Assembly (NCBI RefSeq): GCF_000299355.1 | Contig: NC_018664.1 | Coordinates: 2,991,993 to 3,023,992 of the forward strand | DNA from: Gottschalkia acidurici 9a | Lineage (GTDB): Bacteria > Bacillota > Clostridia > Tissierellales > Gottschalkiaceae | Reading direction: 5' to 3' | DNA length: 32,000 bases | Position numbers and translations under genes: made by a program | Notes under the pieces: generated by a model | Databases searched by the model: none | Told to the model about the DNA's origin: nothing | Seen by the model: only the letters and a program-made list of their open reading frames with translations | Shown: positions 1 through 9,438 of the stretch, piece after piece | How the letters are laid out: the number at the start of each line of letters is the position of its first letter | Position numbering within the stretch: position 1 is the first letter of the stretch

Positions 1-1136
1 ATATTTACACATCTTAAGGTAAATACAACTGCCACCACATAAAGAATCATTTCTGTATTGTATCTAACAACATCTGATATATCAAATAAAGATACTATAG
101 ACTTTGCACTTAAGCCTATAATTATCGATAATATTACTCCAATCACAACAGATATGAAAACAAATTGATATCCATATCTTTTAGCTTTTTCTTCATCACC
201 TAAACCTATTTGCTTTCCTATCATAACTACTGAAGCGCTGGCTAAGCCAAGTATAAGTACTGTAAAGAAGTTTTGAATAGTATTATATATCTGAACAGAA
301 GCTATAGCTTGTGTCCCCATACGTCCGTATACTATTGAATATATTATTATTCCAGATCCCCAGCACAATTCGTTCAATATAACATGTGTAACTACACTAT
401 ATATTCTCCTTACAAAATCTCTATTAAAGCTTAGTAAGTCAGATAACTTTCCCAATAAAACTTTATTAGTTTTTAACATATAAATACTTAATACTATGGT
501 TTCAAACCCTCTAGCTATAATAGTTCCAATAGCAGCCCCTTTAACACCCATAGCCGGAAACCCTAGTTTACCAAATATAAGTATATAGTTTATAACTCCA
601 TTACATATTAAAGCTAAAAAACTTACTACCATTGGAGGTATAGTTCTCTCTACTGATCTTGATGCATTTGCTATACCAAATGTTATAGCTGTAAATGTGT
701 AACTTAGAGAAACTAATTTTAGGTATACACTTCCGTATTTTATAACTTCAGGATCCGTATTAAATATTGAAATAATCGTATTTGAAAATGTGAGTATTCC
801 AGTCATAAATATTAGTGAAATTATAATATTACTAATCAGGCAAACACCCAATACTTTTCTTATGTTTCTCTCTTCCTTCATTCCCCAGTACTGAGATATA
901 AACACTCCACATCCACTACTGAGTCCCACTATCATGATATTAAAAAGAAGAAATATCTGATTTGATATACCTACTGATGCTATCTGTGCTTCTCCTAATC
1001 TTCCAACCATAAGTGTATCTAACATATTTATAGAAGATGCTATAAGATTCTGTATAACTACCGGAACTGCTATATAAAATAGTGTTCTATAGTATTCTTT
1101 ATCCTTAATCATATTACTTATAAAGCCTCTAGTCAT
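1..1136 (-). CDS. MATE family efflux transporter, 3' end runs off the window
   Basis: Manual minus-strand translation from ATG at 1136 (MTRGFISNMIKDKEYYRTLFYIAVPVVIQNLIASSINMLDTLMVGRLGEAQIASVGISNQIF...). It stays open to position 1 and has MATE-typical helices. Absent from the ORF track, probably because no stop lies in the window. Confidence 0.9.
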   Translation of the reverse strand, partial: MTRGFISNMIKDKEYYRTLFYIAVPVVIQNLIASSINMLDTLMVGRLGEAQIASVGISNQIFLLFNIMIVGLSSGCGVFISQYWGMKEERNIRKVLGVCLISNIIISLIFMTGILTFSNTIISIFNTDPEVIKYGSVYLKLVSLSYTFTAITFGIANASRSVERTIPPMVVSFLALICNGVINYILIFGKLGFPAMGVKGAAIGTIIARGFETIVLSIYMLKTNKVLLGKLSDLLSFNRDFVRRIYSVVTHVILNELCWGSGIIIYSIVYGRMGTQAIASVQIYNTIQNFFTVLILGLASASVVMIGKQIGLGDEEKAKRYGYQFVFISVVIGVILSIIIGLSAKSIVSLFDISDVVRYNTEMILYVVAVVFTLRCVN

Positions 1137-1357
1137 TTTTATAATACCCCCTTTTCTAATCCTTAAATATCTTTCTTCCTTTCTAATTATACTATAATTT
1201 ATATCAATTTACATGAAATAAGATTTTATTAATAATCTTAAAACCCTTAATAATCAATAGCTATATGTTAAAAGAAATTTACCGAAATATAAAATATTTC
1301 ACAGCTATAATTAATATAAAAAACTCTTATCTCATATATTTATGATGAGGTGAGTTT

Positions 1358-2965
1358 ATGAAAATAGCTATATATTCTCGAAAATCGAGACTTACAGGAA
1401 AGGGTGAATCTATTCAAAACCAAATTGAATTATGTAAAGAGTATGCAAATAAGCATTTCGATGTAGATGAGTTTTTAATATATGAAGATGAAGGATTTTC
1501 TGGTGGCTCATCTGATAGACCCCAATATCAACTTATGATAAAAGATGCTAAAAAAAACGTTTTCAATATATTAATGTGCTATAGATTAGATAGAATAAGT
1601 AGAAATATATCTGATTTTTCTGATACTATAGCAACTTTGCAATCTAATAATATTTCATTTATTTCTCTTAGAGAACAATTTGATACTTCTACTCCTATGG
1701 GTAGAGCCATGATGTATATTGCTAGTGTATTTGCACAATTAGAAAGAGAAACTATTGCTGAACGTATAAAGGACAATATGCTAAGATTAGCCCGTTCTGG
1801 AAGATGGCTTGGTGGTAACTGCCCTACAGGATATACTTCAGAACCTATGGAGTACTATGATGATAATATGAATAAAAAGACCATGTATATGTTATCGCAA
1901 GTTCCTAAAGAACTGTTTATAGTCAAAAAAATATTTAGTAATTATCTAGAGCTTGGAAGCTTAAATCAAGTAGAAGTATGGTCTATTCAGAATAATATTA
2001 GAACTCCTAATAATAACTACTTTGATATAACCTCCATAAGAGGAATTCTCACTAATATGGTATATGTAAAGTCCGATAAAAAAATATATGATTATTGTAA
2101 AAAGTCAGATATGGATATAGCTTCAGATATATCAGAATTTGATGGGGTACATGGCCTCATGGTTTATAACAAAAATCTTATACGAAAAGGAAAAGCTAAT
2201 AAACTTCGTCCCACTTCCGAATGGATAGTAGCCGTTGGTAAGCATAAAGGTATTATTTCTTCTGATGACTTTATTAAGGTACAAAATAAGCTTAAGAAAA
2301 ATAAGCATAAAGCTCCTAAAAAAATCTCTAATAATATAGCTCTTCTTAGTTCATTATTGACTTGTCATAGTTGTAATAGTAAATTAAGAACTACTTATGG
2401 TAACAAAAGAAAAGATGGAACTAGACCACACTATTATAAATGCATATTTAAGGAAAAATCCAAAGGTGATGGATGTAATATAAAGAATTTAAATGGTAGT
2501 AAAACTGATAGTTTAATTTTAAATGAAGTTAAAAAGATTAGTGTAAACTATAATAGTTATTATAGTTATCTAAAAAGTCAGCGAAATGATATCTTATTTT
2601 TAAACTCCTTGTATAAAGATAATTCTAGCTCTATAGAAAAGGAAATAGATAAGTACAAGAGTATGATAAGAAAATTGACGATAACTTTAAGCGAAACTAC
2701 AGATTCCAGCTCTAGCAAGCACATAATAAATCAAATAGAAGATCTAGATAAAAAAATAGTAAAAGCTACTAATGACCTTAAGGTTTTAAATTCTAAAAGC
2801 TCTTTTTCTCCCTCTGATACATCCAGTATACAATTTCTAGAGACCCTTATTGATGACTTTAATTCTGCTATAGATAGTCTTAGTTTCAGTGAACAAAAAC
2901 ATTTATTGTCTTCAATTATAAGTAAAATTTTATGGAACGGGGAAAATTTAGAGGTTCATCTATAG
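1358..2965 (+). CDS. Large serine recombinase / site-specific integrase
   Basis: 535 aa; N-terminal resolvase domain (AIYSRKSRLTGKGESIQNQIELCKEYA, YRLDRISRN, PMGRAMMYIASVFAQLERETIAERI), recombinase domain, zinc ribbon CHSC...C...C, C-terminal coiled coil. Confidence 0.95.
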   Translation: MKIAIYSRKSRLTGKGESIQNQIELCKEYANKHFDVDEFLIYEDEGFSGGSSDRPQYQLMIKDAKKNVFNILMCYRLDRISRNISDFSDTIATLQSNNISFISLREQFDTSTPMGRAMMYIASVFAQLERETIAERIKDNMLRLARSGRWLGGNCPTGYTSEPMEYYDDNMNKKTMYMLSQVPKELFIVKKIFSNYLELGSLNQVEVWSIQNNIRTPNNNYFDITSIRGILTNMVYVKSDKKIYDYCKKSDMDIASDISEFDGVHGLMVYNKNLIRKGKANKLRPTSEWIVAVGKHKGIISSDDFIKVQNKLKKNKHKAPKKISNNIALLSSLLTCHSCNSKLRTTYGNKRKDGTRPHYYKCIFKEKSKGDGCNIKNLNGSKTDSLILNEVKKISVNYNSYYSYLKSQRNDILFLNSLYKDNSSSIEKEIDKYKSMIRKLTITLSETTDSSSSKHIINQIEDLDKKIVKATNDLKVLNSKSSFSPSDTSSIQFLETLIDDFNSAIDSLSFSEQKHLLSSIISKILWNGENLEVHL

Positions 2966-2986
2966 TTCGATTACTTTTATACCTAG

Positions 2987-3727
2987 ATTGACTCTGCTAT
3001 ACAGTGGGTTATAGAAACAAAAGATAAATATAAAACTAAGATATTAAATCTTTCTTTAGGTACACCTGCTAATAACCCGCTAAATTCAGACCCTTTAGTT
3101 AGAGCAGTAAATGAAGCTGTAAATGCTGGATTAACTGTTGTTGTTGCCGCAGGTAATAGTGGTCCTAACTCCCAAACTATACTTTCTCCTGGAAACAGTC
3201 CATCAGTTATAACAGTTGGTGCTGTAAATGATAGAAGTGCTAATGATAATAGTTATACAATAGCTCCATTCTCAAGTAGAGGGCCAACTAAAGAAGGACT
3301 AAGAAAGCCTGATGTAGTAGCTCCAGGGGTAAATATCAATTCATTATCTAGTGCGAAATTAGATCAGTATAAATCTTTGAGTGGAACATCTATGGCAACT
3401 CCTGTAGTATCAGGTTGTCTTGCAGTTCTACTTAGTCAGGATAGTAGCTTAGGTTCAAAGCAATTAAAGTCTCAAATTATAAACTCTTGTACTAGTCTTA
3501 ATGAAAGATCAGAGAATCAAGGTGCAGGTGTAGTTAACTTGAGTAAGCTATTTAAACATAATAGAAAGCCTGTCCTTACACCTAATAAATCACGCCCTTT
3601 ACCTGATAATGCACGTCCTTTACCTGATAATGCAGACAGTGGTGAAAGAATAAATCAACAAGATTTCATTTCTAGCGGATTAATTTTTATGCTATTCTTA
3701 ATTCTGCTTTTGATAAGAGTAATATAA
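2987..3727 (+). pseudogene. 5'-truncated S8 subtilisin-like serine protease with C-terminal TM segment (C-terminal part of a split gene)
   Basis: Continuous open frame IDSAIQWVIETKDKYKTKILNLSLGTPANNPLNSDPLVRAVNEAVNAGLTVVVAAGNSGP...FSSRGPTKEGLRKPDVVAPGV...LSGTSMATPVVSG. The oxyanion Asn (AAGNSG) and catalytic Ser (GTSMATP) are present; the Asp (DTG) and His motifs are missing. An in-frame TAG sits at 2984..2986. Confidence 0.88.
3591..3632 (+). repeat. Two 21-bp tandem units CACG[C/T]CCTTTACCTGATAATG
   Basis: 3591..3611 and 3612..3632 differ at one base; encode repeated RPLPDNA upstream of the C-terminal TM segment. Confidence 0.85.
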
Positions 3728-3734
3728 TAAAAGA

Positions 3735-3786
3735 AAAAGTCCAAAAAGAAATTTTAAGTTTAAATCATTTCTTTTGGACTTTTTTA
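3735..3786. terminator. Rho-independent terminator, probably bidirectional, between convergent protease remnant and M23 gene
   Basis: AAAAGTCCAAAA(A)GAAAT / ATTTCTTTTGGACTTTTTT inverted repeat with flanking A and T tracts. Confidence 0.8.
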
Positions 3787-3802
3787 TTTTTTCTCTTACT
3801 TT

Positions 3803-5215
3803 TTAATTTAAATAACTTTCAGGATTTTGAGCTACTCCATTTTTTCTAACTTCAAAGTGTAAGTGTGGACCCGTACTTCTTCCTGTATTACCTACTGCTG
3901 CTATAACATCACCTTTTGCAATCTTGTCACCTTTGTTAACATAAAGTTTACTACAATGAGCATATCTTGTCACATATCCATTCCCATGGTCTATTTCCAC
4001 CATATATCCATATCCGCCATTGTTGTATCCTGAATAAATTACAGTTCCACCATCTGATGCCGTTATAGGAGTTCCTATCCTTGCTCCTATATCTATTCCT
4101 TGATGACTTTTTCCCCATCTAGCTCCGAATCTAGATGTAATAGTGCCCCTTGCAGGTGTCATAAAGTGCCCAGTTGCAGCATGTATAGGAATTGCTTTAG
4201 TTCCTTTTACTATAACTTGAGCTATAGGTTGTGAAAGTATTGTTTCACTCAATATCTCTTTCGCTACTTCTATTCCATTATGCTTTTCTACTTTAGCAAC
4301 TACTTCAGTTTTTCCTGACACACCTTCTACTTTTATTTTTTGTTCATTTGTATATAGTGAATCATCAACTTCATATTGAGTATCAAATGCTACTTCCTCT
4401 GTATGTTTTTGTTCTTCATAAGTTGCTACAGTTATAAACGGTTTATGTATAGGTATATTTACCTCTTCACCTGGCTTTATATTTTTAGCATCTTTCCCAG
4501 GATTGGCTTCCTCTATGTCCTCCATATTTACATTATAATCTAGAGCCATAGTCCAATAATTTTCGTTCTCTTTTACTAAATGTTTAGTTTCTTCAATATT
4601 TCCTGTTTTAAGTGTTTCTAATGTGGTATCTATATCAGTAATAAGTGATACAGGAACTTTCTTTTTTACTAACTTTACATCTTCTAGTATTTTTACATCT
4701 TCTACTTTTACATTCTCATCATCTGATGCATGTGAGAATGGTTCTTTAAATTTTTCTATTGCTTGTTTTGCTACTTCTTCAGATTTAACATAAGCTGCAT
4801 CTTTATCGTTTACTTTTATAGCATAGCCAACTGCACTAAATGTTAAGCTATCATTTATATTCTTTTTGATAGTATTTTTTGAAGTAAGTTCTTCGTCTTT
4901 TACGTGAGTACTTACAAAAGCTATCTTTTCATTTATTTTTATTTTATTATCATACTTTTTAGATAAGTCTTTTTCTATTTCTTTTACTAAACTAAGAACT
5001 TCCTCTTTATTTCTAGCTATACCCACGTCTTTTTTACCAAATACAACTTTTACTGCTCTAGTAGCTATCTCATATCTTTTATATTGAACTAATCCAACTA
5101 TTGATATGACCGTAATTAATATCAGCACTATATTCATCTTATTATTTTTAAAATTATTTAAGTTTAATGTTTCCTTAAACTTTTTTATTTTCTTATTTAA
5201 AAGCGAATTACTCAT
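3803..5215 (-). CDS. M23 family peptidoglycan metallopeptidase with G5-like domain
   Basis: 470 aa; N-terminal TM segment; G5-like region (VEGVSGKTEVVAKVEKHNGIEVAKEIL); M23 motifs HQGIDIGARIGTPITASDGGTVIYSG and GPHLHFEVRKNG. Confidence 0.92.
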   Translation of the reverse strand: MSNSLLNKKIKKFKETLNLNNFKNNKMNIVLILITVISIVGLVQYKRYEIATRAVKVVFGKKDVGIARNKEEVLSLVKEIEKDLSKKYDNKIKINEKIAFVSTHVKDEELTSKNTIKKNINDSLTFSAVGYAIKVNDKDAAYVKSEEVAKQAIEKFKEPFSHASDDENVKVEDVKILEDVKLVKKKVPVSLITDIDTTLETLKTGNIEETKHLVKENENYWTMALDYNVNMEDIEEANPGKDAKNIKPGEEVNIPIHKPFITVATYEEQKHTEEVAFDTQYEVDDSLYTNEQKIKVEGVSGKTEVVAKVEKHNGIEVAKEILSETILSQPIAQVIVKGTKAIPIHAATGHFMTPARGTITSRFGARWGKSHQGIDIGARIGTPITASDGGTVIYSGYNNGGYGYMVEIDHGNGYVTRYAHCSKLYVNKGDKIAKGDVIAAVGNTGRSTGPHLHFEVRKNGVAQNPESYLN

Positions 5216-5552
5216 GGTTTCGCTCCTTTCTTTTTTGCCGTACGTTTAATTATAATTTAATTCTTTTGTAATATTTTTGTAACATATTTTAGAATCACGA
5301 ACCTATTATATCACATATTAATTCTAATTCAATCATTATTTATGCTTTTATATACTATTTTCCAATATATTTTTTTATATTATGTAGAATTGTTGCCATT
5401 ATTCTTATTTTTATTACATTTTTTATTCACTTAATCAACCTTTATATTCTACTTTAGAAATTATTTGCATCAAAAACAAATATTCAGTAAGGAAATATTT
5501 TACCCATATTATGATATAATATTATTTAGATTTAATAGGCAGGTGATTTTAT

Positions 5553-6650
5553 ATGTCTTTTTTTATTGAAACCACAGATATAGATTTGGGTGACACTTCT
5601 ATAGAAAATATATTTTTAAACGACTTCATGCCCATGGCAGACGGCACTTATGTAAAGGTTTATCTCCTTGGATTCAAGTATGCTAAGGACAATGATAGAA
5701 ATTTATCTATAAGTAATGAGGTTATATCAAGACACTTAAATATTCCTCTTTCTGATGTTTTAAGAGCCTGGGACTTTTGGCAGGATAAGGGCATTATTAA
5801 AAAACATATTAAAGAAGACAGCAACGATTATGACTATAAAGTAGAATTTTTAAATCTTAAACAACTCTACATAAAAAATAATTATAAGCCTGTCTCATCC
5901 TCTACCACTAATACTACTTCTACTACTTACACATGCTCTTCAGAGGACTTGGTTGAGGCTAATAGAATTCAAGGAATTAATGAAATGTTTAAATCTATAG
6001 ATTATATAGTAAGAAGACCTTTAGTTCCTAATGAAAAGAGAAAAATTTTAGAATGGCTCTATAATTACAATATGAGTACAGATGTAATAGTTAAGGCTTT
6101 TTTCTATAGTATAGAAAAGAGAGGAAAGAAAAATTTAAATTATATCGAAGGTATAATCAGAAACTGGTACGATATGGGCATTACTAATGTTGAAAGCTTA
6201 AATGATTATTTCAAAAACCAAGACGAAAAGTTTTATAGATATGATAGAATTATGAAATCTTTAGGTATTGGATTTAGACAACCTACTGAGAGTGAAATGA
6301 AAGTAATGAGTAAGTGGTTTGATGATTGGAATTTCAGTATGGATTTAGTTCTAAAAGCTTGTGAAAGTAGTAGTAAGACTGCAAACCCTAGTGTCAACTA
6401 TATAAACTCAATACTATCTTCATGGCACAGTAAAGATATTAAAACTATAGATGATATAGCAGTAAAAGATGTCAATCAAAGTAATAAAGCCACTAATCAA
6501 ACATATAAAAATAATTATGGAAGATCTAATCCTAGTAATGCATCAGTAAAAACTAAGTTTCATAACTTTGAACAGAGAACTTCTAAATATACTCCCGAAG
6601 AGCTGGAGCAAATGGTTCTTAGGAAAAAACATAGGAGTGATATACTATGA
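5553..6650 (+). CDS. DnaD domain protein, putative replication initiation/helicase loading factor
   Basis: 365 aa; DnaD-like repeats (KRKILEWLYNYNMSTDVIVKAF...YIEGIIRNWYDMGITN; INSILSSWHSKDIKT). Overlaps the loader ATPase start by 4 nt. Confidence 0.85.
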   Translation: MSFFIETTDIDLGDTSIENIFLNDFMPMADGTYVKVYLLGFKYAKDNDRNLSISNEVISRHLNIPLSDVLRAWDFWQDKGIIKKHIKEDSNDYDYKVEFLNLKQLYIKNNYKPVSSSTTNTTSTTYTCSSEDLVEANRIQGINEMFKSIDYIVRRPLVPNEKRKILEWLYNYNMSTDVIVKAFFYSIEKRGKKNLNYIEGIIRNWYDMGITNVESLNDYFKNQDEKFYRYDRIMKSLGIGFRQPTESEMKVMSKWFDDWNFSMDLVLKACESSSKTANPSVNYINSILSSWHSKDIKTIDDIAVKDVNQSNKATNQTYKNNYGRSNPSNASVKTKFHNFEQRTSKYTPEELEQMVLRKKHRSDIL

Positions 6651-7636
6651 ACAAATCATTCATTAGAGAAGTTTTAAGAGACTATGAAAAACGTAGAGAT
6701 GATTCAATATATAGTCAAAAGATAAGACAAGAAGAAGTATATTCAAAGATACCGAGAATAAAGGAAATTGATATGGAAATATCAAAAACAGGATTTCTTA
6801 TATCTAAAGCTATTCTTCAAGATCCAGAATCATATGAGGAAAAAGTTAACGAGATAAAAGAAACAATGGATAGTTTGAAAAAAGAAAAAGCAATCCTTAT
6901 GACTGAAAATAACATACCTCTTGAGTATCTTGATATAAACTATAACTGCAATAAGTGCAAAGATACTGGTTTTTTAGAAAATGGTAATAGATGCAATTGT
7001 TTAAGACAAGTGCTCATAGAAAGATCTTATAGAATGTCTAACCTTGGAAATCTTCTTCAAAAAGAAAACTTTAAAACTTTTAATATAGATATATTTTCCA
7101 CAGAACCTTTTGAAGATGAGAAACTTACTCCTCGGGAAAATATATTAGATATTCTACAAATATGTGAGGGATTCTGCTTTAACTTTGATGAGAAAAATGA
7201 AGAAAATCTTTTACTTTATGGGACAACCGGCTTAGGTAAGACATTTATGTGCAACTGTATAGCTAAAAATCTTTTAGACAGAGGAAAAATAGTTATATAT
7301 CAAACTGCGTTTAATATTCTAGACATAATTAGTAAACACAAATTTCAACCAAGCTATAGTGTAAGTATAGACGAATCTGAGTATAACCTATTGTTTCAAT
7401 CCGATCTTTTAATAATAGATGACTTAGGTACAGAGCTTACGAATAGTTTTACAAATACAGAGATATTTAATATAGTTAATTCTAGGCTTATAAAAGGTCA
7501 GAAAACTATTATATCTACAAATCTAGCTCCTATGGAAATAGCTAATGTTTATACAGATAGAATATTTTCTAGATTATTTAGTCAATTTACACCTCTAAAA
7601 TTCTTTGGTCCTGACTTAAGATGGGAAAGAAAATAA
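6647..7636 (+). CDS. DnaC/DnaI-like AAA+ ATPase, helicase loader
   Basis: 329 aa; CNKCKDTGFLENGNRCNC zinc motif, Walker A GTTGLGKT, Walker B LLIIDDLG. Confidence 0.9.
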   Translation: MNKSFIREVLRDYEKRRDDSIYSQKIRQEEVYSKIPRIKEIDMEISKTGFLISKAILQDPESYEEKVNEIKETMDSLKKEKAILMTENNIPLEYLDINYNCNKCKDTGFLENGNRCNCLRQVLIERSYRMSNLGNLLQKENFKTFNIDIFSTEPFEDEKLTPRENILDILQICEGFCFNFDEKNEENLLLYGTTGLGKTFMCNCIAKNLLDRGKIVIYQTAFNILDIISKHKFQPSYSVSIDESEYNLLFQSDLLIIDDLGTELTNSFTNTEIFNIVNSRLIKGQKTIISTNLAPMEIANVYTDRIFSRLFSQFTPLKFFGPDLRWERK

Positions 7637-7672
7637 CCGTAAGAGAACACTTTCTCTTACGGTTATTTTTTA
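7630..7672. terminator. Rho-independent terminator between the loader ATPase and ddh
   Basis: AAATAACCGTAAGAG...CTCTTACGGTTATTTTTTAA inverted repeat with T tract; overlaps the stop codon of the ATPase. Confidence 0.85.
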
Positions 7673-7708
7673 ATAATATATTTAAAATCAACATAAAAAA
7701 TATGTCTC

Positions 7709-8686
7709 TTATAATATGTCTCTTCTTAATTCTTCAGCTGACTTAGGTGAAAGATATGCAAATGGTATATCAAATACTGTTAGTGCCCCTGTTCTTCCTT
7801 CTTTTGAGTATTTATATACTGCTCTTGCATAAGCTGTTGCAACACTTGAAGTAAATCCTGGATTACTACCTAACTTAAGATTAAACTCTATGATTTGTCT
7901 AGCTCCTTCTTCAGTAGTACCTGAACGGAATACACTTCCTCCGTGCGGCATACCTGAGTGGTTAGCTTTAAATTCTTCTTCTGATATAAAGTTAACTGTC
8001 GTTTTATATCCTACAAAGTAGTTAGGCATATTTTTTATCTCTTGCTCTATCTTATCTTTATCTGCATTTTCAGCCGGTACTATATAACAAACACGCTCAT
8101 GTCCATCATTCCCTTTAATTTCTATTTCTTCTCCAGCTCTAACTTTTTGTAATGCTTCGTCATTAGGTATAGTATATTGAATTCCTAACTTTACTCCTTC
8201 AACTCTTCTTATCGCATCTGAATGTCCCTGACTAACTCCCTTTCCCCAAAAAGTATAATCAACACCTTGTGGTAGTACACTTTGTCCTAAAAGTCTATTT
8301 AATGAAAATAGCCCTGGATCCCAACCTGTAGATATAAGGCTTACTTTTCCTGATTCTTTTGAAACGCTGTCCATACTTTCAAAGTATTCTGGAATCTTCG
8401 CATGTGTATCAAAGCTATCTACAGTATTAAAGTGCTTAGCTATGCTAGGACCTTGTACTACTAAATCTGTAGCTGAACCACCACATAGCATCATAACATC
8501 TACTTTATCTTTATATGACTCTATTTCAGATATGTTAACTAGTTTTGAACTACCATTAGCTATTGTTTTAACATCTCTTCTTGAGAAGATAGCTACTAAT
8601 TCCATATCTGGGTTTTGCTTAATAGATCTTTCTACACCTTTTCCTAAGTTTCCGTATCCAACTATACCTATCCTTATTTTACTCAT
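7709..8686 (-). CDS. ddh: meso-diaminopimelate D-dehydrogenase
   Basis: 325 aa; IRIGIVGYGNLGKGVE NADP-binding start, FDTHAKIPEYFESMD, STGWDPGLFSLNRLLG, VRAGEEIEIKGNDGHERVCYIV. Confidence 0.93.
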   Translation of the reverse strand: MSKIRIGIVGYGNLGKGVERSIKQNPDMELVAIFSRRDVKTIANGSSKLVNISEIESYKDKVDVMMLCGGSATDLVVQGPSIAKHFNTVDSFDTHAKIPEYFESMDSVSKESGKVSLISTGWDPGLFSLNRLLGQSVLPQGVDYTFWGKGVSQGHSDAIRRVEGVKLGIQYTIPNDEALQKVRAGEEIEIKGNDGHERVCYIVPAENADKDKIEQEIKNMPNYFVGYKTTVNFISEEEFKANHSGMPHGGSVFRSGTTEEGARQIIEFNLKLGSNPGFTSSVATAYARAVYKYSKEGRTGALTVFDIPFAYLSPKSAEELRRDIL

Positions 8687-8909
8687 AATATCCTTACTCC
8701 TCTCGTTAGTAGTAAATTATAATCTATTCTCATTTTACCCGTTAACTTACAGTTTAGGCTAAAAATTTATTCAAATTCATTCTTTAGACTAAAGGGTATT
8801 TTATCTATATATATTAACATGTTATTATGAATTTTTGAAACATTTTTTTGAAATAAAAAAAAGAGCCCCAAAATCTCACATTTTGAAACCCTTCTTTTAT
8901 AATTTTTAT

Positions 8910-8986
8910 TGGAGCTGGTGAGAGGACTTGAACCCCCAACCTACTGATTACAAGTCAGTTGCTCTACCGATTGAGCCACACCAGCA
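8910..8986 (-). tRNA. tRNA-Thr (TGT)
   Basis: GCTGGTGTGGCTCAATCGGTAGAGCAACTGACTTGTAATCAGT...TTCAAGTCCTCTCACCAGCTCCA; cloverleaf with encoded CCA. Confidence 0.95.
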
Positions 8987-8996
8987 ACTTACTTAT

Positions 8997-9072
8997 GGCG
9001 ACCTGGAAGGGACTCGAACCCTCGACCTCCAGCGTGACAGGCTGGCATTCTAACCAACTGAACTACCAGGCC
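8997..9072 (-). tRNA. tRNA-Asp (GTC)
   Basis: GGCCTGGTAGTTCAGTTGGTTAGAATGCCAGCCTGTCACGCTGG...CCA; anticodon loop CTGTCAC. Confidence 0.95.
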
Positions 9073-9094
9073 ATATTGTTTTTTACTTATTTTA

Positions 9095-9170
9095 TGGTGG
9101 GCGTGACAGGGCTCGAACCTGTGACCCCCTGCTTGTAAGGCAGGTGCTCTCCCAGCTGAGCTACACGCCC
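9095..9170 (-). tRNA. tRNA-Val (TAC)
   Basis: GGGCGTGTAGCTCAGCTGGGAGAGCACCTGCCTTACAAGCAGG...CACGCCCACCA. Confidence 0.95.
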
Positions 9171-9208
9171 ATAACTACATTATGGTATCTGGGAAAATAT
9201 TATTTGTT

Positions 9209-9283
9209 TGGTGACCCTACCGGGATTCGAACCCGGGTTACCGCCGTGAAAGGGCGGTGTCTTAACCGCTTGACCATAGGGCC
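9209..9283 (-). tRNA. tRNA-Glu (TTC)
   Basis: GGCCCTATGGTCAAGCGGTTAAGACACCGCCCTTTCACGGCGG...TAGGGTCACCA. Confidence 0.95.
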
Positions 9284-9291
9284 TTTTAAGT

Positions 9292-9367
9292 TGGTGACCC
9301 ATCCGCGACTCGAACGCGGGACACCCTGATTAAAAGTCAGGTGCTCTACCGACTGAGCTAATAGGTC
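9292..9367 (-). tRNA. tRNA-Lys (TTT)
   Basis: GACCTATTAGCTCAGTCGGTAGAGCACCTGACTTTTAATCAGG...ATGGGTCACCA. Confidence 0.95.
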
Positions 9368-9409
9368 TCATTTTGTTGCTGAGGAACTGCTCTCTTAGGA
9401 ACATATACT

Positions 9410-9438
9410 ATATTATAAAAAATTTATCTAAGTGTCAA
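9410..9438 (-). promoter_or_regulatory. Putative sigma-A promoter of the Lys-Glu-Val-Asp-Thr tRNA operon
   Basis: Minus strand TTGACA (9433..9438), then CTTAGATAAATTTTT and TATAAT at 15 bp, or TAATAT at 17 bp; about 45 bp upstream of tRNA-Lys. Confidence 0.65.

Noticed and set aside
1358-2965. Recombinase as part of a full prophage in this window
   Set aside because: No capsid, terminase, tail or lysis genes are visible; only the boundary and a MATE gene are in the window, so element type cannot be assigned.
8442-8762. 106-aa plus-strand ORF overlapping ddh
   Set aside because: Antisense to the well-supported ddh gene with no recognisable domain.
8845-8905. Terminator downstream of the five-tRNA operon (AAAAAAGAGCCCC...CCCTTCTTTT)
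   Set aside because: Only a short CAAAAT/ATTTTG stem with poor outer pairing; too weak to list as a feature although an operon end is expected here.
9144-9329. 61-aa minus-strand ORF across tRNA genes
   Set aside because: Overlaps tRNA-Val, tRNA-Glu and tRNA-Lys; spurious.
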